NCBI GenBank assembly: GCA_964188305.1
Contig: OZ076893.1
Origin: Podarcis bocagei
Lineage: Eukaryota
Strand: one strand, 5' to 3'
DNA: 64,000 nucleotides
In this document: positions 1 through 13,481 of the stretch, in pieces
How positions within the stretch are numbered: the stretch's first letter is position 1
Layout of the letters: each line of letters begins with the position of its first letter
The notes under the pieces: generated by a model
What the model was told of the DNA's origin: nothing
Seen by the model: the letters and a program-made list of their open reading frames with translations, nothing else
Databases searched by the model: none
Position numbers and translations under genes: made by a program

Positions 1-2418
1 CTGACCTCCCACTTCTGCCTTAAATGTACATGCTCTCTCATACCCTTCCCAGGCTTCAGTACTGCCTCTGGCAATAGCTTTTACAGTTTCACTATACATA
101 ATATTAAGCCAAACCATGACTTCGCATGAATGAGCATGCTTGGAGAGGAGGTCACAGCTGCTTTGGATCTGTTCTAGTTCTGCTGCTGCACTGTGCTGAG
201 TTAAGTCAAGGTTTGGCTAGTTGGTCATCCGAACGTGGGCTTTGGTTTAGCTCTCCCAGAAATGCCAAAGTAGGACAAATATTGGCTAGAGGCCCTGGTG
301 TGTCTGGAGAGAGCTAAGCCCCATGTTCAGGAGACATGCTGAGAATCCTAAGGATCAGATGGAGAGTCCTGAAGGGCCACAATTGCCTTTCTGACCTCCC
401 ACTTCTGCCTTAAAATGAAACTCTTGAAAATCTGCCATCTAAAATATTTGAAGAATAAACATTAACATGAACCAACAAAACAGCTCTTCCATACTTGAGT
501 ATTGATAAGAAAAAGAAGGTCAAGTCAAGCCCAAGGAGTGAAGTGAACAATCCAGAAGAATGTCCTTCCCAAGGACCTTTCCCCTTCTCTCTCATTATTT
601 GAACATGAGGAAACAGAACCATAGAAAACTCCATATGATCAGCTCTCAAGATTGAATATGTTGCATACTCTATGTAGAATCATAAACTATAAATAGCAAG
701 GTATGATTTCCAACCTATGATTAAGTGAATGTTTTCCATTCCTCCTGTGTCATTAGAGCAAATGAAGTTGTAGCTTTAAAAATTACTCTTAATAGTAGAC
801 TAAACAAATTGCTAATGTAATAAGGTAACTGTAGATGAACGTAGTCCACCACTACTGTTACTGTGAATTAGTCTTAGATATTCACCTCATCTTGCTGGGA
901 ATTTAATAGCTGTAGCTTCATGTGCTTCATGTAGGCCATTGTGATTGGCATGTTGTAATCAATCATGCTGGTAACCAAAGTTGGGGGCTTCCCATTATCT
1001 GTAAGAATAAACAAAGATTAAATAAGGTATGATTATGGAGCTTTTTATAAACAAAATAATTACAAATAAATGGTATATAGTACTTCATACTATGGGTGTG
1101 TTTCATCATGAAACACTGCTTTACAGCTGTCATGATGTGTGAACTGGGTCTCCTGAAAAAGTCCTGTGACAATGTTTTGGTGGATTTTAGCACTTACTTA
1201 TTATATTTATATTCCCCCTTTCTTCCATGATGACACTCAAAGCAGCAAGCACAGGGTTTTCAGGCATTATTTCATTCAGCTACAAGTCAATCCAGATATC
1301 TTTAGCATCTGCAAGGTCACCATATTATGTGCCAGAATAATATAATGGCCTGATTTAACTAGCATTCTAACTGTGCTAGAGAATAAGTCCAGCAAGGGGT
1401 AAGACTGGATGGAATGGATGGGGCAAGGGATGCTTCCTGTGTCGTTCAAGTACAAGAAAAGACTTCTGAGAAAATTTGCTCATTTATCAAATTTCTTTGG
1501 GATTCCCTCAAAATTTCTCCTGAGGAGGAATCGCCTCATTGCTCTAAAATGTTAACTTTAGTTGGAATTCTAATGGCAGTAGTACTATGTATAGGTTTGT
1601 GTGTGCATAATAATAATAATTTATTTATATAGAAGACTAAGAAGGGGATATTGTCCTTTGTCTCAAAATATATATTCAGTATAGGGCTCCTTGGTACCTT
1701 AAATGAGCCCTTATTTTTACTTTTATTTATTTATTAAAATAATCTAACTTGCCTTCCTGGACATTCCACACACACACACACACACACACGCCCCACAAGT
1801 TGCTTCACACAAAAAAATGCCCATGAAGTCATATAAACAATTTATGGAACAATCCCCCTGTTAAATGAGCAGCAGCAAATAAAAATGAGTAAGAAACTAC
1901 ATTAGTCTGATCTTCACCCTGCTGAGGGCATCAACATTCATGAGAGCACGTGAAGGCCTTTACATTAGGGGTGATACAAGCTTCATTTGCTGGCATCTCA
2001 GGTTCCTGTAGTCCTTATTATCTTTGGTATTTTAAGGTGCTCCATCATGCTACCCTGACAGAAGGTACATGCATCTTTTTAGACAAATATTTTGAGTTTA
2101 TAAATCCAAAACATTGTGACTATTCATGCATGCATGCTAGCTCCTCCTTGGACACACAAAAGTGGACACACAAAAAGGAAGGGGGGGGAATGTTTCCCTC
2201 AGGTAAAATTACCATTTTAGCAGGAACATGGTATTACACATAATCCTTTGAGAGAATGCAGAAGACTACTATATTCTGACTTAAGTGAATGAGACAATAT
2301 GACTTGTTGAACCGTTCTAGTGTACAATGTTTTATGAGTCTTCATTTAAACCAAGGAAATATAAATGGGCATTATGAATAAAATTACTTTACATCCCACT
2401 CTTTGGCACTAAAGTTAC

Positions 2419-2530
2419 CTTTGTGATCTGCTCCATCTGGGTTTAAATGCATTCTTTTCTGGCACTCTGAACAGCTCATTAGAAATCGTGTCACCGCTTC
2501 TCTTGGTAGAAAGGCATAGGTCTCTGAAAT
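2419..2530 (-). CDS. NOL4: Nucleolar protein 4, coding exon 3 (112 nt); gene continues beyond window start
   Basis: Acceptor ctcatttcag, then ISETYAFLPREAVTRFLMSCSECQKRMHLNPDGADHK plus one G, then donor GTAACT. In frame with exon 2. Confidence 0.96.
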
Positions 2531-4274
2531 CTGAAATGAGTACAGGCATCATATAAGTTGATTGAACTCATCATTGTATTTCTGAATAAAGTGTACATAT
2601 CATAATTGCTGGAAGTAAAAAGCATGTGCTATGCAACATTTTTTTAAAAACAACAACAATCCAGCATTTTAATCTTTCTGCTTATCAAATAAGGATATGT
2701 TTATAAACTGGCTGTTCACAAAGCCTTCAGTTTGGGTTGAATTATTTCAGTTTAATAGGGGGCTTTCTGGAAGCTACCCTTAGAAAACCACTGGGGATAC
2801 CTTGAACCCTTCCAGACATCCTCTTTAGTGAGCATTTGTGGTGATCTGTTGTCATGATGCTATGGGGACAGGGTGCCATATACTTTCAATACTGTCTGCA
2901 CCTCTAAAAGTTTTTGGGGTGGTCACACTGCTGCTTTTTCGTTTATTGCATATCTCGTAACTTTCTGCTAAAATCCTGTAACTTTTAATAGCACAAACAC
3001 TCCACTTTAATTTTCTCCCACTTTTTGTGCTATAGCCCCTCCAGACAGCAATAATGTAGTGTCCCTGGGGATATTAATAACTAATAAAGCAGAAAAAGTC
3101 CACCACTGGTGCACTATTATTGTGGCAAGAACATGTGGCACAATATACCCGCAATAAAACACCAATCTGCAAGGGCCCCTTCTTCAGATCTTGGGGAAAA
3201 TGACTTACTAGTGATATCATTCTTCAGGCTTCAGAACAAGAACACACACACACACAAGTTTCTAAAGTTAAAACTCCTGTGTGGGAGTCTCTAGCACACA
3301 TTCATTTAAATGGATTTGGATGAACACTAAGGTGCCATCATGCAATGCACAGTGTGATTTCACACGGCATATTTTGAACTTTTAATAGCATAATGCTGGG
3401 CAATTATGTTTTATAGCCTACATGTGGATCTTCAAAAGAATATTGGCATGTGGAGTACTCCTGTTCAGAATTACAGCCAGCCATGCCTTCTTCTAGCATA
3501 GGCCAGTCCATTCCCCCTTCCTACCATTTTGCACCCCAATAATCAGCATTATTTGTGCTCATTCCTCATGGGGCTACCTTTGGAGTTGATACCTTTAAGA
3601 GTTTTGTTTTCCTAAAGATTTTTTTTTGTACTTAAGCAAATTTTGGGGTTCTTCCTAGCCTTCAGATACCTTCGTCTTGTGAGTGGATGGTGTTGTTCGG
3701 TTATATCCATGGTTGCAGAATCAGTTCATAGTTAGTAAGTTGACTCCTTAACAAAGGGAACCCTCACTGCCATGGGTTTTAAAGCAATGAGATGGACAGT
3801 TTGATAAAGAATATAGCAGGTGAAGTACAGATTTTCACAGTGTGTAATGGGGGAAGGTGTGGGGCTTGCAAAGTGATCTTTGGTATGAGAATAGAGTGTG
3901 AACAGGATGCATAGATTTTCATCTATGAAATACTGGAAGGCAGGGGCATTGTTAGAGGATGACCTAGTGGGCCCCAGGCCTGTATCTTTTGTGCCAGCCC
4001 CCAGAACTCCTGGCCCTTGCCCTCTTTTTAAAATTTATGCTTAAAATGATTCTTTTAAAAACATTATAACTGAGCATGTCACAACATACTGCCACTGAAA
4101 TCCCACACCCACCCATCATCTTAATTTTCCCAGAGGCCTTGATTTTACTTTTAATATATTCAAAAGCAGTAGTTCTTGTCAATTGTGTTTTGGGTGGAGG
4201 GCTCAATAAACATACAGTGTACAAGAACCAGAAAGTAATGTTGGTACACCATAGCTCAAAGTAGGGCTTGACTA

Positions 4275-4724
4275 GCAATGGGCAAAGATGTCAATTTCAG
4301 ATTCTCTTGGTTTCTTATTTTTCCAATCTAGGATTCTCCACATTTCCACATTTGTTTGTCAATAATAGTAATAATAATATCGTCATGAAGATTAATCTGC
4401 ATTTTAGTGTGAATTTCTTGTAATAGATTTGTTTTTTGCATTTTTTTTCTGATATACACATTTTTGCAAAGCTTTTTGCCCAATGTAATGCATTTTTGTG
4501 TGCTGTTTTAGCTAACCCGTACATTTAAATGCATAACATATAAATTTACCCTAGTATATTCATTTTTGTACACATTAGTTGATCAGAAAACTGCATTGCA
4601 AAATTCAGGGAAATGTGAATTTCAAAGAAAGGCTATGTTTCAGTTTCCATATTGTTCCAGAAAGTATGAATTAAGTAGGCTTGGCTTTAAATATTAACTG
4701 AGTCAAATTTCTCCCTCATCTCTA
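4275..4724. mobile_element. Degenerate non-autonomous DNA-transposon-like repeat
   Basis: Resembles a common lizard AT-rich interspersed repeat ending in ...ccctcatctcta. Left terminus eroded; family uncertain. Confidence 0.4.
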
Positions 4725-5901
4725 TCCTTTTTTCCTTTCTGAAAGCCAGCCTAAATTTTCATCTAGACATATAATTTAAACTATGCAAATATTATGCAAA
4801 CTCATGCAGTGTCTTTTTAAGTACCTTACAATGCCCCTGTTGGAGGGAATGCTTTTTCTCATAAAATAAGAGTGTTACACAAACCTCTCTTTATATATTC
4901 CACTGTAAAAGTTCAAAACTGGAGACTGTCACTTTTCACCCAGCAACATTGACAATTTCATTCGCCATTCTTGAAGCTGCTGTTGACATAGCAATGGGGA
5001 GATAGCAGCCAAGTAGGCTCCCATCCACCATGGTTGGACCCCACTCCAGCAGAGAACCCCCCTGCCCCTGCCACCCATCAAGCAAGCAATTTTCATCTTG
5101 ATGCTGTGGCCATCAGATGGAAGGAAGGCAGGTAGAAGTCATGCACCCATTCACTCTGCCAGTTCCACACTTTGCAGCAAGGAACAATTGCACTAGATGC
5201 TGCCAAGCTGCTGCCAGGAAACTAAATGAGTGAATATTTAAAATAGAAATTGAAAATAATTAGAACCCTTATACATTCTTTAGCAGCACTTTTCAGAATT
5301 TGGCTGCACCGAAATTAATGGAGCATACCTTTGGATTCATTAACAGTCTGAATTTTGGAAGAGAATGCTTCATTTATTTTAATGGAACATTCCTGTTGGG
5401 CTCTCAATCCACACCAGTAGGATAGCAATATTGCATGGGAAACAATAGAACTAAGTCTCTGAATTGATACTCGTCCAGTTCATTGAAATGTGATCTGACA
5501 TTTCACAAATGCATGTTAAATTTGCCTCCATGGCAGAACAATTACACCTGATTCTCTGAGAATGGTACAAAGAGAGGCTGTTTTGCTATCCTTCACTAAC
5601 TACTCTCTCTTTAGCATAACATATTCACTTGCTACAGAGGCAGCCAGTGGAATTTGAATATGTCTTCAGTACTGTCTGGCCATAACCTGCTTTGTTTCAA
5701 CCAACCTAACAAACCCTGGATCATTCTGCTATTGATACATAACAAGAAGAATTGAAGTGACATTTCTCAACTCTCCACCCACACTCAACACAGCAGGTAC
5801 AGTTGTACAAGATGTGCTTGTTGAGTCTTGCTAGCAGTACTAGTCACCAGATAAGAGAGTGGTGGGAAGAAAATGGGAGCAGAGGCAAGGTCATGCCTGC
5901 A

Positions 5902-5905
<4 letters not shown>

Positions 5906-5953
<48 letters not shown>
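5906..5953. repeat. (CT)n microsatellite
   Basis: Perfect dinucleotide run. Confidence 0.98.
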
Positions 5954-5955
<2 letters not shown>

Positions 5956-6224
5956 AGCATACAGGGACTCCACTGCAGGAGGTTAGCATGCCATGGAAGT
6001 GGATGCCTATTAGGACATGTTGTGCTTTTCCTTAGAAATGCATGATGCTTCCCTGAATGCATTCTGTAGTCTACAACTGTACAACCATATTAAGAACTGC
6101 AGTGTCCTTTGTGTCCTCAACTGGCTTCCACAACTTCAAGTGGTTTATTTGGGTACGTTGTAGACTGCACTAACATACTTTCAAAATAAGCCTTTTCTTA
6201 TCCATAACCAAGGCTGCTACAATA

Positions 6225-6450
6225 CAGTGGTACCTCAGGTTACATATGCTTCAGGTTACGGACTCCGCTAACCCAAAAATAGTGCTTCAGGTTAAGAACT
6301 TTGCTTCAGGATGAGAACAGAAATCAGGCTCCGGCAGCACGGCAGCAGCGGTAGGCCCCATTAGCTAAAGTGGTGCTTCAGGTTAAGAACAATTTCAGGT
6401 TAAGTACGGACCTCCGGAACAAATTAAGTACTCAACCTGAGGTATCGCTG
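6225..6450 (+). mobile_element. Tc1/mariner (Tigger-like) MITE
   Basis: TA|cagtggtacctcaggtt ... aacctgaggtatcgctg|TA, i.e. TIRs with TA target duplication. A second copy lies inverted at 47772-48013. Confidence 0.88.
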
Positions 6451-8269
6451 TATTTTATGTATAATACTGTTGACCTGGAGAAAATAAGAGGGTGTATATC
6501 TCTCATGGTGTTCTGAAAGAGGTATGTATGTTGTTCATATAAAGGACAATCATGCTGAAAATGTTTTCATTTGATTCAGCAACCAAAAAAAACTAAGAAG
6601 GAGGAAGGAAATTCCACAGCTACACAAGGCAACTTGAACCACTATCAAGCCATTATAAAAATTGGACAAATAGCTCCTTATAGCTGCTTTAAATTTGCTC
6701 TGCTGCAACTTGAACCAATTGCTTATTGTCCTACTACTCATACTGCCTTCAGTAAAGTTGTATTTGCCTATCTTCTATAGTGTGGTGTTTAAAGCATGTA
6801 CACTCTTTTTATTCTATTCTTTTGTGCCATGCTTCTCAGTTCCGGTGTCATTTTTACTGCTGTCTTCAAAATCCTCTGCAGTCTGACTATATCCTTTCAT
6901 ACAGGCATGCAGCCCTCAAGATGTTTGGTTTTTAGCATATATACAATCTTCACTCATTGCTAGATGATACAGTGGTTTATTTACAGCACTGGGGAAATGA
7001 TATTATGGCAGAAATTATGCAAGACTCGTGGAAATGCATTTGGATGGCTAAGCCTTCTAATTCTTTTTGTCTAAACTTTAGAGAACTGTCATTAAAAGGT
7101 GTGAGCAGGTGGTATTTTGTAACCTACAGACTCTCATACATATTGCAAAAGGGCTCAGACCAAGGTTGAAAAGGATGTGGCTAAAGAGATATGTACTGTA
7201 TGTAGGAATGTGAGAAAGTACATCTGAAAACTTATTTTGACTGAAGTTTATAAATAAACTGTGGATCATCCTATCCCAGAAGGTCTGATAGGGACCTTAT
7301 TGCATAAATTTGAAAATGTTTTTGGCACTGCAGGCAGCATGTTTCTTGGTATATATTTATTAGCAGCAGTGAAAACAGTTTTTGCCAGTGAGTGACAAGA
7401 TAATGAGCTGCCTACTGAAGACCATGGTCTGGCTGAAGTATAGAACATATCCCCCCCCCCATGACAATTGAACCTACAAAGGATTGACAACCATGAGCAA
7501 GAGAAAGCCAGAGGCCTTCATGGGAGGTTGGTCCAATTGGTTACTCTGTTGATTATACAATCTCAATACAGTATCTTTTGTTTGGTTTTTTAAACTACCT
7601 GTGTACTCTTAACTTTGTATTTCTTAATTACTGGCATGATCTTTATCGGATAAGGCCTTTGTTCTTTCACTCTGGGCATAAATAGTGGCTATTTCTTATT
7701 TCTTTATTTGAGGAAATCTTATACTGAAATTAAGGACTCAAGAGAACATGTGTTGTTTTATTTTCTGTTTCTTTTATTCTTGGTTTTCTAGGAATGTTAC
7801 CCTTTTCATTTTGTATATTGGGTAAGACCTAGAGATCAATGATCATGTTCCTGCTCACAATAGGAAGGAAACTATTAGCTGTATGTGTATATTCAGAACA
7901 GTTACGAGTGTCAATGCCTTCAACAGGGAAAGTCAAAATTTGCAAAAAAAAAAATTAAAATTCTAAAATTTAATGCAGTTTTCACAAAAAGAAATATAGA
8001 ACCTACTCTTAGGTCATCAAGCTAAGAAGTTGTATCAGTTCACAGTAAGCACAAGAAACTAAATAAAGACAGTATTGTTTTCCAAAAACCCCAATTATTT
8101 CAATTTAGGAAGGTTTATAAACTGCTTAATCAAAACACTCTCTAAATAGCATACATAGTAAAATTATAGACAAAATACAGTTAATATGCACAAACCTATT
8201 CAAATTTATAAATAAAATAATTATAATTAAAACACAGAAAACTTAGTAGCACTTTTCAAGGCAAATATT

Positions 8270-8530
8270 GGAGGCTAAGTTACATGTCTGAGTAGGTTTG
8301 TTGAAATAAAAAAGTTTTCAGTAGGCATCTACAACAATATAGTGAGGGCATATGCCAATGTCAGTAAGTAGGGAATTCCAAAGCACAGGTGTTGCTACAC
8401 TAAAAGATAAACTCTTCACAAATGTGGTACAAACATTCTGTGGCACTTGTAGAAGTGCAAGTTCTGCAGATTGAAGTGGTTGAGTAGACACATGAGGCAG
8501 GGTGATCCCTTAAGGAAACTGGTCCCAGAA
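8270..8530 (-). mobile_element. Old L2 LINE 3' fragment
   Basis: Degenerate similarity to the 3' part of the young L2 at 11715-12381 (aaaagttttcagtaggcatct...gggaattccaaagcacaggtg). Confidence 0.5.
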
Positions 8531-10851
8531 TAAGGGTATACCTTTCCTTATTTTTAAAATTCTTCTGCCACTTTAGAGTGGTACATATGGTAATTGCTAT
8601 TGCATGGTAAACCTGACCATAAGAAGCAGCTCATCTTGCAGTTGGAGTTATTTCTCCATACCAGAGCAAGATATTATCTTATAACATTTGTGTTCACTTG
8701 GAGAACATTTCCCCAATATGCCTTGAGCGACACCATATAAACAGCTTAGCATATGATAACAGCCAGCTGGAGCAATTTAGAACAGTTTCCATTCAACAGC
8801 CATACCTAAGGTGCAAATACCTTTAGCTTCAGCGCCACACATGTTTACAGGAAAGGCACTGTGGTTTTTGAATGCACTGTGTATTCTCAAAAACTTTTTT
8901 TTAAAAAGAGTTCCTTCAAAAATGTGCACATTGGTGCTCATTTTCTCCTTGCAGCAACCTCACAAATATATTGAAAGGAGTCGACTCTTCTTGGGAGGAG
9001 CAACTAAATGACAGATGTTTAATACTAGTAGATTTCAAAATCTGCAATTAGCAGGTAACCAGAATAAAGCATGTAGGTTGATATTAAACGAGGTTTTAGC
9101 TTTGCATGACTCTTTAAGGATTATGCAAAAGACCATATCCACAAAACTGAAGCCTTTTTGTTTTCTTAAGAACTGGGCTTTCATATGAAACAATTTTGAA
9201 CCTGTCAAATACAATTTTTACAAGAGTGCTTAGATGCTATTGTGAGAAAGAAGGCAGGTTACTCATACTTTGGCTGCACAAACAGAAAAGCTATGCTGTT
9301 GAATAGAGCAGGCAAATTGCTAGATGCAAGGAAAGATGGCATACAACAACTTACCTGTCACAAGCAGCATCCACTATGAATCATCTGTTTGACCACAAAC
9401 TGCCCTACAGGAGTAACACCTTTGAAATGACTGTACTCTTATGACATATAGATTCCTCTCCCAAGTAGTTTCCCTATTTTACACAATAGTTGTAAGCACA
9501 GAATCACATCAGAAGGTACTGAGGGGCTGAGACTAAAGGCCAGAACCTATATTGGTATCCAAGGGCAGGAAAGTGTGTACAACATAATGTGGAACAACTG
9601 CTCTATTTGCCTTGTGACACTTATAGGAGAACTAGAATTCATGCTGAGCTTGTTCACAATTGAAACCAAATCATGGTGTGGCATTACATGAGCATGTCTG
9701 AGGCTTATGCACTCAATCATCACCAGTTCTTGTGAAGTGCTATGCATAGGGCTTCCCAAGTACCATTGATGAGCTGATCATTGGGTCTTGAAAAGTCCCA
9801 TGTATCCACAAGTCTCCACAAGACCTGGTGATCAGCACATCATTACTGGGCAGCTCCAGTTCAGGTGGTTAAGATTAAAAAGACTACTCTCTACCTTGCT
9901 TCATGGCTCTGTCTCCCTCTGCTCTTCTGGATTCAGGTCTTCTGACCAATTCCTGCCTGTTCCTCTCCAGCACAACTGCTGCCATATTGTTCTGCTGCTG
10001 GTTGCTGTTCCTCCTTTGTTTGTTTGACAGCTGATGATGGGGAATTGGGGAGGATTGATGTTCAGAGCCTAGCATTTTGCCTAAGCAGTCAGCTTGTTTG
10101 GCCTCAGGCTGGTCAGACTCTAGACAGCTTTTAAGCCAACAGCAGCCAAAGGAAAGCCTATTATTCACCCTTGCCTACAAAGCCCTATTGTGATGTAACA
10201 GTACATCATTCAGAGGCATCAGAGTGTGGGGGTGAGGTAGGTAGGGAGAACAGAGTTCAAGAAAGAGACTGTGATTGGGAAGAGGAAAGCTGAAGCATTA
10301 AAGCTAGACCATCAGGAATGAAGTTCAGTAAGGGTCACAGGCCTCCTTCTGAACAGGTCCTTTGCTACTTGGAAAAGAACCATGCGCTGAAAAATGTAAC
10401 CCCATTATCCTAACTTAAGATTGTTTTCCTCTATATTATTTAAAACAAGGGAGATTATTTGAGAGAGTAGTTCATCAGTAAAGGAGAAGGGATTTTGCCA
10501 TATATATTCTTGGTTAACTGCTACCACAAATAAGTTTTGTTTCAAAAACATCAATAAAAATAAAGTTTAAAACCTATAGGAGTCAGTTAGATGTGAGCAC
10601 ATAAGTTTGTATGAGCATCATATATATTTATTTCTCAATCACTTATACAGACATGACATATAATGCCTTCCTGAACACATGAGAATGTATAAGAAACAAT
10701 ACTGAAATATTTTTAGCCAATGATTTTTAATCTGCTTTGATCCTGGTATGTCCTCATAATTTCCACCACAGAAATGAAGTCAAGCAACTCACACAGTATT
10801 TGGACATAACATAATGTAGCCTATATAATTTCCCCTTAAAATTGATAAGGA

Positions 10852-10958
10852 GGTAAAGGTAAAGGACCCCTGGACAGCTAAGTCCAGTCAAAGGTGACTA
10901 TGGGTTGCAGCGCTCATCTCACTTCAGGCCGACAGAACCGGTGTTTGTCCACAAACAA
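10852..10958 (-). mobile_element. Sauria SINE, 3' fragment
   Basis: (AAAGGT)n tail followed by ggacccctggacag...gcgctcatctc. Matches the other copies in the window. Confidence 0.85.
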
Positions 10959-11153
10959 CACAAATTGGTAAGTACGTAGCCAGAGATATTAGAGCATATC
11001 TATAGCTTTTGTAAAATGTTTTAATAGAAACATATGTTATTAGGAATACATGGTTTGCTAAGAGTAGCAGACAAATTACAGTTCTAGTAAGGTAATCTTG
11101 ATAAAAGATTAGAGTTGCACAAGTGTTTTTGTTTTGTAAGGTTGTTTACTTAC

Positions 11154-11303
11154 TGCTTTATAAGTTCTTTTTTGTCCTGCATGTTTTCTGATTTGTTCTC
11201 CATTGGGCCCCGTTTCCACATGCATGGAGTAGATTATGTCAAAGAAATCTTCAACAACTGCTACCCGTCTTAAAGACAGTTTCTCATCTACGCCAACTCC
11301 ATC
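11154..11303 (-). CDS. NOL4: Nucleolar protein 4, coding exon 2 (150 nt)
   Basis: Acceptor ttttttcccctag, then DGVGVDEKLSLRRVAVVEDFFDIIYSMHVETGPNGEQIRKHAGQKRTYKA, then donor GTAAGT. In frame with exon 1. Not in the ORF track; read manually. Confidence 0.96.
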
Positions 11304-11714
11304 CTAGGGGAAAAAATGATAGGGAGCACAAGATGAATAGATAAAACTACCAGGAAAACACATCCTGTTACTTAGAGTTGATTAGATAAAGACCCTTGGC
11401 ACTGACATCTAAAGATCCCTATCCAAGAGTAATACTTAGCAGCTCAATCAATGACAGCAACATTATAATTGCACAATAAATAAAGAATTCTCTGAATAAG
11501 ATTCTAAGTGGGGAATAAGATTCAAAAATGGATAATTTGGGTTATCTTAGCTTTTCACTGATGGTGATTTCCATGTTATTTAAAGCACTTCAAAGTTACA
11601 TGAAGTTGATGCAAAATAAAAAAAAGCATTTTTAAAACTATGTTATAAACATGTTCACTAATTCTTAAGTGGAAAAACAATTGCTTCAGTTACAATGAGG
11701 TCTGGCCACAAATT

Positions 11715-12381
11715 AATAATATAATAATAATAATTTATTATTTATACCCCGCCCATCTGGCTGGGCCTCCCCAGCCACTCTGGGCGGCTTCCATAAAAAC
11801 CAAAAATACAGTAAAATGTCACACGTTAAAAACTTCCCTGAACAGGGCTGCCTTAAGATGTCTCCTGAATGTCAGGTAGTTGTTTATCGCTTTGACATCT
11901 GCTGGAAGGGCGTTCCACAGGGCGGGCGCCACTACCGAGAAGGCCCTCTGCCTGGTTCCCTGTAGCTTTGCTTCTCGCAGTGAGGGAACCGCCAGAAGGC
12001 CCTCGGCGCTGGACCTCAGCGTCCGGGCAGACTGATGGGGGTGGAGACGCTCCTTCAGGTATACTGGACCGAGGCCATTTAGGGCTTTAAAGGTCAGCAC
12101 CAACACTTTGAATTGTGCTCGGAAACGTACTGGGAGCCAATGCAGGTCTTTCAAGACCGGTGTTATATGGTCTCGGCGGCCGCTCCCAGTCACCAGTCTA
12201 GCTGCCGCATTCTGGATTAGTTGTAGTTTCCGCGTCACCTTCAAAGGTAGCCCCACGTAGAGCGCATTGCAGTAGTCCAAGCGGGAGATAACCAGAGCAT
12301 GCACCACTCTGGCGAGACAGTCCGCAGGCAGATAGGGTCTCAGCCTACGTACCAGATGGAGCTGGTAAACAGCTGCCCTGG
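11715..12381 (-). mobile_element. Young 5'-truncated L2 LINE (ORF2 C-terminus intact)
   Basis: ORF 11819-12409 contains L2 motifs VHALVISRLDYCNALY, LQLIQNAAARL and HITPVLKDLHWLPV. (TAA)n-type tail; ACAAATT repeated at 11708-11714 and 12382-12388. Confidence 0.93.
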
Positions 12382-12606
12382 ACAAATTTGTAAATTTGTA
12401 AAAAAACAACAGTACCCTATTTGTAATATCATTCTGGTTATGAAAAGAGACTGCATCTTAACTTCTGACCAGAATAAATATAAAGTATGCCTATGTATAA
12501 CCACATTCTCACAAGGAAGAGGAGTTAGAAGGTTTCATCTAGCGTTTGTATGCAGAAAAGCTGCACATATATTTATGTCTGAAATAATAATAAATCATTA
12601 TGTGGT

Positions 12607-13481
12607 CTCATACCCTCCAACATTCGTCAGATGAAAATAGGGATATTTCTCATTCCCCCCACAACTGACCCTCCTCAAACCCCCCCCATTTTTTTTGTCC
12701 CCTACCGGAAGAGGATTTCCTGTCAGAAGAAGGGAGAGTGTCACCACCACTCCACCAATGGGACACAGCACGCACACACCACACTGTCCTGAGAAAAACC
12801 CCTTAATCTCAATTTGATTTGATTTCTTTGGTAGATTTACAGAAATAGTTTTAGAATATCAATACTCCTTGTACTCCATTCTGCTCCCCTTTTCTTCCTG
12901 CCCAGGACAACCCAGCCTTCTGCCTGCCTCTCAAAGCTGGTACGTCATGTGGGGCTGGGCCTCAGTGGCAGCAGCCTCCCCTCCTTGCCTGCTCTCCAGC
13001 AGCTACTACGAGCTGCCCAAGGGAGGAGGCTGGTAGCAGCGGCCACAGAGAGGCTCATCCTCCTCCCCAAGCTTGGCAGTGGCATGGGTGGCAGGGGAAA
13101 TATTCCCAAGACATTCTGGGATCAAAGCAGAAGCGAGGATGGCTTTTGTAATTCTGGGCCTGTCCCTGATTGGTTGGAGGTTCCAGTCAATGGGGAGTTG
13201 ACTGTCAGTGAGAGGAAGGCAGCTGGGATTTTGATGGCTGAGGGGTTGGAGGGAGAAAGTTGTGAGGAACAGCTAAGGGAAATAATTGAGGTATAGCCAT
13301 TTGTTGAGCTTTTTTCAGTTTTGCCCAGAATTGTTGAGCTTTTTGGACACAATTGCACTGCCGACACAGGCTGCCATACATCCGGATATTCCCTGACATT
13401 TTCTACATTCCTATCTGGACACTACTGTCAACTGCGGTATTCCAGATATAGCCAGGAAAACCCAGATGTATGGCAACCCTA
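12607..13481. mobile_element. Composite/degenerate hAT-like DNA element(s)
   Basis: Left end cataccctccaac and right end tatggcaacccta resemble hAT-type termini but are not mutual TIRs. Probably two elements. Confidence 0.4.

Noticed and set aside
5785-6062. ORFs with ERERER / SLSLSL runs
   Set aside because: Translations of a (CT)n microsatellite.
11819-12409. 196-aa ORF as a host gene
   Set aside because: It is the L2 ORF2 C-terminus; its start codon lies in flanking non-element sequence.
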